A stretch of 64,000 bases of DNA from the human T2T-CHM13v2.0 reference genome, Homo sapiens. The stretch's first letter is position 1; every line of letters starts with the position of its first letter. Position numbers and translations under genes: made by a program. This document shows, piece after piece, positions 32,774 to 43,900 of this stretch. The notes below the pieces were generated by a model, which was given only the letters and a program-made list of their open reading frames with translations, did no database searches and had not been told where the DNA came from. The DNA is taken from assembly GCF_009914755.1 (NCBI RefSeq), contig NC_060944.1; one strand, written 5' to 3'.

Positions 32774-33665
32774 CTTTGTGGTTTTATCTACTTTTGGTCT
32801 TTGATGATGGTGATGTACAGATGGGTTTTTGGTGTGGATGTCCTTTCTGGTTGTTAGTTTTCCTTCTAACAGACAGGACCCTCAGCTGCAGGTCTGTTGG
32901 AATACCCTGCCGTGTGACCCTGCTGGGGGGTGCCTCCCAGTTAGGCTGCTCGGGGGTCAGGGGTCAGGGACCCACTTGAGGAGGCAGTCTGCCCGTTCTC
33001 AGATCTCCAGCTGCGTGCTGGGAGAACCACTGCTCTCTTCAAAGCTGTCAGACAGGGACACTTAAGTCTGCAGAGGTTACTGCTGCCTTTTTGTTTGTCT
33101 GTGCCCTGCCCCCAGAGGTGGAGCCTACAGAGGCAGGCAGGCCTCCTTGAGCTGTGGTGGGCTCCACCCAGTTCGAGCTTCCCGGCTGCTTTGTTTACCT
33201 AAGCAAGCCTGGGCAATGGCGGGCGCCCCTCCCCCAGCCTCGTTGCCGCCTTGCAGTTTGATCTCAGACTGCTGTGCTAGCAATCAGCGAGATTCCGTGG
33301 GCATAGGACCCTCTGAGCCAGGTGTGGGATATAGTCTCGTGGTGCGCCGTTTTTTAAGCCGGTCTGAAAAGCGCAATATTCGGGTGGGAGTGACCCGATT
33401 TTCCAGGTGCGTCCGTCACCCCTTTCTTTGACTCGGAAAGGGAACTCCCTGACCCCTTGCGCTTCCCAAGTGAGGCAATGCCTCGCCCTGCTTCGGCTCG
33501 CGCACAGTGCGCACACACACTGGCCTGCGCCCACTGTCTGGCACTCCCTAGTGAGATGAACCCGGTACCTCAGATGGAAATGCAGAAATCACCCGTCTTC
33601 TGCGTCGCTCACGCTGGGAGCTGTAGACCGGAGCTGTTCCTATTCGGCCATCTTGGCTCCTCCTC
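32774..33665 (-). promoter_or_regulatory. L1 5'UTR: internal sense Pol II promoter, CpG-rich region and antisense promoter
   Basis: YY1 site AAGATGGCC at 33654-33646. Dense CpGs at about 33170-33650. The L1HS-type short UTR lacks the 129-bp ZNF93 segment. Confidence 0.92.
33216..33431 (+). CDS. ORF0: LINE-1 antisense ORF0, 71 aa
   Basis: MAGAPPPASLPPCSLISDCCASNQRDSVGIGPSEPG...RCVRHPFL. ATG at 33216 in GCAATGG context. Confidence 0.9.
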   Translation: MAGAPPPASLPPCSLISDCCASNQRDSVGIGPSEPGVGYSLVVRRFLSRSEKRNIRVGVTRFSRCVRHPFL

Positions 33666-33677
33666 GACAAAATTTTT
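33666..33677. repeat. L1HS target-site duplication, 5' copy
   Basis: GACAAAATTTTT followed by AA. Confidence 0.93.
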
Positions 33678-36121
33678 AAATGAATAAAATTCTCTAGTAT
33701 AATATTAAAAATGTAATATCATTCACAGTTCAAACAAAACCACATCTCCATAGCGTAGAAACCATGAGAAAGTTTCTAACAGTAATACTGAAATATCCTT
33801 GCTTTTTTTAAAATTGTACTTGCATTTAACAACAGAAGGTTTTAGGATGTACTTCTTATAAACTATCTTTGTGTATGAGCACCATCAATTAATTTTACCC
33901 ATAGGAAGAAATAATCATCATAAATTTCCAAGCTGACACAGGCTGAGGCTCAGATCAGGTGAGGTGTCGTCATGAATGTCCTTCCTCTTCTCCTTCTAAA
34001 TATAAGCCATGTTTGTTTCCCACAAAGAACATGGTGGCTTGGCAAGAAGGATTCCCATTGGTCTAATAAAACAAAAACTAACTTATATTTAATTTCTATG
34101 CCTTTTTCACACTCTGAGAGTGCTAGGCCAGGCCTCTTCAAGCCCTTTTCACAAAGGAAAGCAGAGTGGTTAGTAAAAAGAAAAAATAAATAAATAAAAA
34201 CTATACCTGCTTTGCCTTGGGTTCAAAGACTAAGTACAGGCTTCATCTCTGGGGTGGAGGGTGGAATTCTCATGACAGCACTGGGTATGTCCTTTGTTTT
34301 CTCTGTTCACTCGCAGTCCTTTTAATGTTCTCGTTAAATGTTATTAACAAGCTTTTACAAAGCACAACTACGAAATTCCAGGGAGAGTCAAGTGGCAGAG
34401 TGAACAGCAAGTGGAATGTAAGACAACCAAAGTAACTAAATTTGGACATCCTCAGCTCAATGAAATTGCCAATGGCAAATAAGAATTGGGGGTAGGAAGA
34501 TTTGTTTTTGAGTGTGACATAAAGACTGTAAAAAGATTAGGACCACCAATTGCCACACATTTATCTATACCATAATAATTCTCACACCAGAGTGAGGTGT
34601 ATATGTGTTAGAAATAGGGGATACACATATGTCCATAGAACTAAAGGTAGCAACTCTAAGAAAAAGCATCAAAACAAGCAAATGAATAAAAACAGTCATG
34701 TAAGACAAGGGGTTAGCAATAGGCATCATAGATAACTAAACCCAATGACAAATTATTCACTGGTGGAATTATGCTAATTTTGTTGTTTTCTAGATAACTC
34801 CATGTGGCATTACAGGAATATTTTCTTCTAGATCCCTTGGTTCTATCAGTTCTTCCACCTAAGTCTAGAGCTTCCTAATCTCTGAAAGGGACATTGTCCC
34901 TCTCTATCAAATAGCAGCTTCATGCACATTTGCAGTTTATTTTCTGAAAGTAAGGGTCAGTATGAATCAAGCAATGCAGACCTGAGACTCACTTTCCTAC
35001 CTAAGTGAAGCTGATTACTCAGTGACCTGTTCACAACTTTTGGGCAACTTAGAGTTCTGGAGTCAATCAGTCCCTGGAGCTATCTCCATGGAGCTGAATA
35101 ACCGCTGTCTCGGCCTGCCAAAAGGTTTTTCAGCTCAGTGCTATTCTTGAATGACACTCTGTCATTATGCTATATTTAGGTCATGAAAGTTGTAATTAGC
35201 TTTGTTCTGCTGCACACTGATCCAGCCTCACATGCAATATAAAAGGTAATAAAATAAGTAGGAAGATATAAAAACCTAAATAAGCCTCCTATGCAGGAAA
35301 TTTCATCATTACAAAACTGATGAAAGATCCAAAGAAAGGGAGACTCTATGGCTTCAAAACCTGGCAAAGAAGTCTGTTAGCAGAAGCAATCAAAGAAGCT
35401 AGGCTTGTGTATGGCCAACTTGCAACAGAATTTTTAATTAACCCCCTCATTACAGCCCCACCCTGTCCCCTGCTCTTCCCCACCGAGGTGACTGTTCTGT
35501 AATTTGATTACATTTGGTGGAAGCTCCTTTTCTCATAGGACATCTCACATCCCTTTTAGGAGCCAGCTCTGCCTAATAAACGGACTTTTAGAATTATACT
35601 ATTTAGTATCCGTACATTATCCCTTATGGTTATTGCCTGGACCTGAGCCATCTGTTTTCAATGACACACAGTATTCTGTGTTTGCAGGAATGGGTGCTGC
35701 TTATGAGAGAGGAGCTGGAAGGAGGGCAAAAGAACATGAAATCCACAGTCAGTACCAAAATAACCACAACTAGCTGATATGGCCGCTTTCATTCTCCAAC
35801 CTGGTTATAATCTCCTTGAAGGTGACAACTATTGTCTCTCACAAGTTTTAAACATGAGCCTAGTGTAGGTTATTAATAAATGCTTATTGAGTCATCGAGG
35901 GGATGCACTTAGGAAAAACAACATGCTTTCCCAAGACCCAAGTTAAACATTTTTCATCTAATCTTTATTTAACTATTGACAATAATTTTCCTTTTTGATG
36001 TAATGTATGACTTCAGGGAGCCCTTGATATTTCCCAGTTTTATTCAATGAATAAAAATTCAAAGAAAAAGAACAAATGGAGAAACATAGGAATTATTTTC
36101 AAAAAGAAAATTATATATTTT

Positions 36122-36807
36122 ATTTTATTTTATTTTTTTATTTTTTTATTTTTTATTATACTTTAAGTTTTAGGGTACATGTGCACATTGTGCAGGTTAG
36201 TTACATATGTATACATGTGCCATGCTGGTGCGCTGCACCCACTAACTCGTCATCTAGCATTAGGTATATCTCCCAATGCTATCCCTCCCCCCTCCCCCCA
36301 CCCCACCACAGTCCCCAGAGTGTGATATTCCCCTTCCTGTGTCCATGTGATCTCATTGTTCAATTCCCACCTATGAGTGAGAATATGCGGTGTTTGGTTT
36401 TTTGTTCTTGCGATAGTTTACTGAGAATGATGATTTCCAATTTCATCCATGTCCCTACAAAGGACATGAACTCATCATTTTTTATGGCTGCATAGTATTC
36501 CATGGTGTATATGTGCCACATTTTCTTAATCCAGTCTATCATTGTTGGACATTTGGGTTGGTTCCAAGTCTTTGCTATTGTGAATAATGCCGCAATAAAC
36601 ATACGTGTGCATGTGTCTTTATAGCAGCATGATTTATAGTCATTTGGGTATATACCCAGTAATGGGATGGCTGGGTCAAATGGTATTTCTAGTTCTAGAT
36701 CCCTGAGGAGTCGCCACACTGACTTCCACAATGGTTGAACTAGTTTACAGTCCCACTAACAGTGTAAAAGGGTTCCTATTTCTCCACATCCTCTCCAGCA
36801 CCTGTTG
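36122..36807 (-). mobile_element. 5'-truncated L1PA2-like element (about 690 bp)
   Basis: GAG instead of ACA (ACTAACTCGTCATC) and CTTAAAGTAT. ORF2 C-terminal remnant at 36360..36731. 21-bp TSD AAAAAGAAAATTATATATTTT at 36101-36121 and 36808-36828. Confidence 0.93.
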
Positions 36808-37227
36808 AAAAAGAAAATTATATATTTTATATATCCAGAATTAGAAAGAGAGAAGAGAAAACAAAAAGTGGTTCAAAGTCAAGTAGAGAAAGTCTATTGA
36901 TGAGTTGGAATATGATAGAATATGAACTTGAGGGAGTAAATGTGGTGCTTGTTATGTTGTCTCCAGGGGTGGGCTAAGAGTGTTATTTCTTTTATTCTGT
37001 GGGTTATGGGAGATAAGGTGGAAGGTGAAGGGTCCCTCATCTAACTTAAAGAAGAGTCCAAAGAATAAAAAGGGCAAATGGTATCATGCAGATAAGAGGA
37101 TGGAATTTAGATACCAGGTAGATACAGAAATGTTCTCTCTGTTCTTTTCCAGCACTGGGTTTGAATGTGGTAACATGAACTAGATGCAAGGGAGCATGTA
37201 AAACAATAATTCAAGCAATACCTTATA

Positions 37228-37501
37228 TTCTCACTCTGTTGCCTAAGTTAGAATGCAGTGGGAAGATCTCAGCTCACTGCAACCTCCACTCCCAGGTGCA
37301 AGCAATCCTCCTGCCTCAGCCTTCTGACTAGCTGCAATTACAGGCGCATGCCACCATGCCCAGCTAATTTTTTGTATTTTTAGTAGAGATGTGAGTTCGC
37401 CATCTTGGCCAGGCTGTTCTTGAACTCCTGACCTCAAGTGATCCGCTGACCTCGGCCTCCCAAAGTGCTGGGATTATAGGTGTAAACCATTGCACCTGGC
37501 C
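37228..37501 (-). mobile_element. AluS lacking its poly(A) tail
   Basis: Reverse Alu ending CACCTGGCC. No T-run at the left edge. Confidence 0.9.
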
Positions 37502-37649
37502 GTGATAACTTTTAACAATTTATCTAAATATTTTTGCATTGATCTTCATATTCAATCTGCACAGCTCTTCGAAGTTCATTTTACAGCTGAGTGAACTGAG
37601 AAAAGTCAAGCAGCTTGATTGACCAAGTTCTCAGCTGGTTAAAAGCAGA

Positions 37650-37935
37650 GGCCAGGAGCAGTGGCTCATACCTGCAATCCCAGAAATTTGGGAGGCTGAG
37701 AAAAGACACTTGCTTGAGCTCAGGAGTTCAAGACCAGCCTGGGCAACACAACAAGACCCAGTCTCTATGAAAAAAAAAAAAAAATTAGTCCGGTCCAGCA
37801 GGTGGGGTTGAAGTGGGAGGATCTCTTTACCTCAGGAGTTCAAGGATGCAGTGAACTAGGATTGCTATGGGCTGCGCTCCAACTTGGATGACACAGCAAG
37901 ACCCTGTCTCAAAAACAAAACAAAACAAAACAAAA
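37650..37935 (+). mobile_element. AluJ with an internal deletion, inserted in a minus-strand MIR
   Basis: TTGAGCTCAGGAGTTCAAG and CAAGACCCTGTCTC. MIR motifs on both sides (CATTTTACAGCTGAGTGAACTGAG; GATTCAAACCTAGATCTGTCT). Confidence 0.85.
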
Positions 37936-40900
37936 GCCAAGATTCAAGATTCAAACCTAGATCTGTCTCTCAGTGTAATGCTCATTTAAGTCCTTTACTC
38001 CATGGCCTGAAAAGAGCTTCAACAGCCTTGAAGGGAAATTAGACATCAAGAAGGTTTACAATTTCCAATAAGATTCATAAAGAAAATAGTTGTCATCCAA
38101 GGCTGCAATTTTATCTGCATTTTTATGACTACAGTGTCCCAAATCCCAATGCTATCAATATTCCATTTCTAGTCAGTTTCCATTTCTTCATCAGTGTCAA
38201 GAGGCAAAAATACTGATTCCCCTTTTGCCACTGATTAGAAAGCATGGTGTTCAGGGCTGACAAAGTAATGATAAAAAGAACTCAAGGACCTTGAGTGATT
38301 AAGGGTGAAGTTAAGACATCGGATGTTGTCTTCTCATTTTTCTGATGACCAGTAACAATTATGCTGTTGTTTGTAAGAGAGGATGTAGAAAGTTCCGTTG
38401 TGAATTTCTTCATGCTTAGTGAGTGGGCTTACGTTGTTATAATAAATACGTGTTTTTAGGTGGGGGGAGATTTCAGATTGTATTTTTTTCTCAACATTGC
38501 ATTTTTTACATTTTAGACATTGAATTATGATTCAGCTTATAAGGAGAAGAGAATTAAAAAATAGGGTATGTGAAAGGTTTAATAACACTTCTTTTATCCA
38601 GTTTAGTCTTGAATTTTAAGTTTATGAACTTTTAAATCAATATGCAATTGTTTTAAATGTAAAAATGTATTTTAGGCCATAGCATTAAATGAAAAGTTCA
38701 GCTATAAATGTTATTCATAACAAATGACATTTTTTCATCACTGTGGACTTCATTTGAAGGATTTGACATTTTACAGTAGTTGACAGAAAATGGAAAAAAC
38801 ACAAGCTTTTTTTTTTTTCTCTCTCTCTCTCTCTCTGCTTTAATAATTCTATCCTGGCCCGACATAGGTACTTTTGCCCCCTCAAAATTTTCAAAATTGT
38901 TTTTGCTGTTGTGATAAGACCAAAGTTATTGAGTTTGAGACTGGAAGGAATTTTCTTTAGGAAAATGTGGGAGGTGTGATTGGAAGGAAAATGGGTTTGA
39001 GGAGAGCGGGAGCACTTGCAGTGCTGTTTCCTGGACAAGGTGTCCACCCAACTCACTTTATACCAATCTCAATAAGAAAAAGACAATCCAGCCACACTGT
39101 GTCACCCCAAATCAGATTTCAACTTTGCACATTTTTTTCTTAAAAGGGTTAAAAAAGTTGTTTTTAGGAGGACACACTCATGCACATAAAACTACTGAAC
39201 ACTTTCTGCTAAAATCTAAAAAAAAAAACTTTTAAAATGGGAGAGGTGCATATTAAAATGTGAGAGGAAAGTCTCATTATCAGGCCTCTAACAAATAAAA
39301 TGAGCCTTGAGATTAAATATTGTTATAATCATTATGAACATTAGCTTTCCTTTTCTCTCCACCCCTTTTTTGTGTGTCACACAAATTCTCACAGGTGGTT
39401 CTAATTAGACATAAATAGTGACAGTGGCCAGTTTGACAAATCCAGATTCCGGCCAAGAGTAATGGAAAAAAGTCTCAGCTTGCCTTCTTAAAAAACGGAA
39501 TCTATATTGAGACAGTTCAAGGAAATGATGCCTCTGGTGAGATGTAAAAACCATAGCTCAAGCCCCTTTGTGCATTCTCCCTTTAGGGAGTCAAAGCAGC
39601 ATAAAACACCTAACGGCATGTTCCTCCCTGCCCATATTAAATTCCAGGTTTCTCAAAGAAAGCTTGTATTCGTCTACCTAAGACAAACTTTGACCACCTT
39701 GGCATCTGATAGGAAGAAAACCCAAAAACCAAAAAACAAAAGAAAGCAAGCCATGTATGCTATCTCTATTGTCTTGTAATTTTAATCCTTTTATATGGAA
39801 TAGTTGAATGGGTATTTGATAATTCTGTCAAGTCACTTCCTAAATACTTCACTGTTTTTATAAAAACTTTTATCACCTTTAGTTTAGTAGGGCAATACAG
39901 AAAAAGGATAAGTCTTTTTAAAGAAACTTTCCAAAAATCAATAGGTTAGTAAAACGTGGATTGTTCAGCATGCATGTTCCAGGATAACAGCCTTTCTTCC
40001 TAGTCATGTTCTCTTTCTTGTTATTTCACACCAGTGTCCTATGAAGCCAACACACTCATCCTTGGATAAGAAATGTCTATAAAAATTTATACAGGTATTT
40101 AATGGACATGCTGAGTAATTTTTAGATCTCCTTAAGCAGCGCCGTTGCATATAATTGGGTCACTGCCCTAGGACACTCAGCCAGTGGGATCAGTGAAGGT
40201 TAAAATCCAGCCCATGTGTCTTTCACAAAGCCTTATCCCCTTCCTAGCAAGGGACTGCATCTGCCTGGAAGAAGTGACAAGTTTTCTAATTTGCAGAGAC
40301 TGGGTTTTCTGCATCCTATAAGTCGTTTTTGCAAACCTAACCAAAAAGGGAAAAAAAAGGATTATTTACTAATGTAATAATTTACTTATTTTTGCCTTCT
40401 CTTTAAATATCTGAACATATGAAGAACCTTAACACTTAAATTTTTTTCCAGAAATATGATAAGGCACAATATATCAGCCACTGTTATTTGACTTTCTGGT
40501 TTCTTAAGCATATACACTCAAGCTCATTGAGACATGATATCCTTGGCTGACCAATTCAATGCATATTGACATTGATAGATAGCTTAAAAATTGGGGGAGA
40601 GGACAGAAATAAATATCCAGGGAAGACCATATGTACCTCCTTCCATATATTTCATAAATATGCTGTTAACTAAATTTTTAGAGTGGCTGGCAATGGTCCA
40701 TTTCCACTTTTGTATACCTGTTTCTAAGACGCATGGTAAAATATCAAAAGTCTAAGCAAATAGTCTTTACAACTCTACCCTTTATGAAACCTGTCTTCAG
40801 TTCTTACATTTAGTATATTATTACCACAATTATTATTACCATTATTTTATCTCTCATCCAAACCTGTTCTTGAATTCAGAGTACTTACAACAATGCCTGG

Positions 40901-43900
40901 ATATTATCTTGAAAGATATATTTCTCCTGAGTCAACAAGTTTAAAAGTATGAAGAAGAGCAAATCAAAACAAATAGAGCGAACAGTTTATAAACAGCATA
41001 TACTTGTGAATTTTATTTTTTAGAAGTTCAACTAGATCTCCAGTGACTATCCCTTGAAGTTATTTTCAGCACTTGTTTTTTGCAGATGTAAAATATTTTT
41101 TCATATCAATGCAAAAATGACTTCTTTTTATTGATGGTTAGATTTCTAATGAGGCTGATCTACAGCAAAAGACCTGGATTGTCAGTCCTAGCCTTTTAAC
41201 TAATAGTGACAAAATAGATATTCTTGTTCTATTGCATTGGGGAATTCCTTTGATCTTAGTAGGGATCCAGGGATAATAAGAGGTGTTCTAGAGAAAAATA
41301 TCAGTCCCAGCAAGTTAAAAATATTATCCATTTTGCTCACATCATCACCAATCCAAGGAATAACTAGAGCCCTGGAGGAGTTATAGAAGATTCTAGCAGC
41401 TTATCTACCAAAGCTTTTCCTCTTCAGGGGTGGTGGTGTTTTATATATAGAACAAATTATCCTGGGATATTGGCAGGCTTTAAATAATATTTTAGGTGAG
41501 GCTCGAGATTGGATGCTTCCAGAAAAGAATCATTCTGAGCAAACTTGGTTCTTAGCTCCAATCTACCTCATGAGGCTGTGAGAGGTCTGTAATGCACTCC
41601 AGAAGAAATTTTAGACGCTGATTGTTCCATCCCACTTGTTTCACCCAGACCCACCCTTCACAAATGAGAGAAAGTTTCAAGCAGCTGATTTTAGAATAAG
41701 AAATTTCAACTAGGGGTCTCGGGGAGAGATGTTTTATCCATTCATAATTAAGGCACTTGGGCCATATGTTTTTCTTTCCACTTTGTCACCTCCTCTCTCT
41801 TTCTGTGTGGTTTTCTCTGATTGTTACTTTCTTTGTTGTTGTTGTTGCTGTCTTCTGTCTCTAGTTAGTGGCAGCAGCTAGAAAAGCTCCCCACCCATGT
41901 GGGAGCCTTTTTCTCCACCGAGAGCTTTGGATAAAGGTCCACCTTGCTCTTCCAACTTGCAGGATACCTGCTGGTCTAACAAGATAGACTGTTCCTACTC
42001 AAACACCCCAATTGCCCCAGCTGCAATTCATATCCATTCTTTTATCTGTGAAGTTATCTACTAGTGTCTACATTGGTTGGCCTTAAAGTCTTATATGCAA
42101 CTTTTAATCAGAGCAGTTCAGCTCTCTTTGCTCTCCTCCTAATCACTGCCCTTTGGTGCCTCTTTTTTCTTGTTGACTTTCCTATTGTCTCAATCAAGGT
42201 GGTGAGGAGGGGGCTTTGATCTGGCAAGATAATCCTAGACCTATTCTAGGTTTTACTTCAATAGTTGTACAGATCATTTTTTTCTTTTGTAAATTAATCA
42301 TAAATTCCCTTCTTCAATTTTGGCATGGGCTCACCTGAATGAAATACTATAAACTTCACCTACTTTTTTTCTTTTAAAATGTAACAAAAGACTTTTTACA
42401 ATAAATTACTATAGATAATAAAAAGAAAAGCACAGTTAACAAGAAGGGATCCCCAAGCACAATAATTAATTTTTTTTCTCTTGCTGGGTGATGAGAAAGT
42501 GAAAATTTTTAGGTGTGACTAGCTTTGGACCCTGAATAAGTCTGTCTTATCTGTGTCCCATTTTTCCACTTTATAATCTTAGTGATTGGTGATGGTCGTC
42601 TCAAAGATCTCTTCCAGTCCTAACACGATAATGGAATTCTAGATTTTAAGTGTGTTCATTTATTTGAATTTATCTCAAAAGGTGAGGTCATATAGATATT
42701 TCAATATAAACATTTTGCTGTGACTGATAGCAGCGACTTTTAAAATGCCTGTAAACATTTCCACTGATCAGGTGATCCCCATAGTGAAAAACAAAATCCA
42801 CCGAATTGGAAAGGTAGGGGAAGTCAGTGCTCTCCCTATCCTAGGAGTCTCATAGTCTCATTAGCAGAGAGGTGATGAGTGGATATTTGGCTGATGATGC
42901 CAAACATCATTACACTTAGTGGAGTTAACTTGTCAGGGCTTAGTATAAGGGAAGTAGAGGAATGAATCTGCAATCTGTTATGTTTATACAGTGTATTCAT
43001 TCACGGCGAGGTGTATTCCTCAGAATTTAGCTGATTACTAGGCTGACTTCCAGGTTGCATGCCTAATGCCGGGGGCCCGACCCCTGTCAATGCTGGAAAT
43101 GATTTGGGATGTACGTTTTCAGGTATCATATTCAATGAATAACTGCATATGCAGATCCAGGAGCTACTACAATGTCCTCATTCCATAATGGAAAACCCCT
43201 GCTCCCAAATGGGCAGGGAAGGACCAGGACTTGGGAGAGCAGGGTTCTGAGCATTATCTGAGGACTGGTGGTGACAGACGCCAGGCACACACTCCCTCCG
43301 GGTCATTGCTCTTCCTCTGCTAGATGTAGACAAGCTTCATTCTCTCCTTCTCTTCCATTACCTCTGCCTCTTGTCTTGTCACTGACCCAAAGTCACAACC
43401 AGAATTTTAAGCCTACTAGAAAATGGGGGAAAAGGCAAATGAAACCTTCTCTTTCTAGTCTCTTATTTCTTTATCTAGAAACAAACTTTAAAGATTGCTC
43501 CTCTTCTTAGCAGGTAAGGAGACGGAATACCTCCCAACAGCTAGTCTGATGGTGAATGCATAAGCCTATCAGGAAGGGAGAACGAAAGGATTTGTCCCTG
43601 GGTTCTCAGAAAAATTGGCTTTGTAATTCTTAGAAGCATGATAAAAGGACATTAAATCGACTTTGAAAGCTGTGGAAGAAAAGTTATGATTCTTCTTCAT
43701 TGATGTTTTATCAAAACAGAAGTCTAAAACTTACCCCCACTGCATTTAAGTGTCCTGTGCCCCCCAAACATTTCAGGTACATGAAAAAAGCCCTGGTGTT
43801 CAGCAGGATCATATTAAAATTTGTTTCTTGGGGGCTACTGTGTGTTTCTAATCCGAGGAGTGCTGCCTGACAAAGAAGAGATGCTCCATAAATTTTTGCT

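Noticed and set aside
33147-33215. N-terminally extended 94-aa ORF0
   Set aside because: The track start is a non-ATG codon. The established ORF0 begins at ATG 33216.
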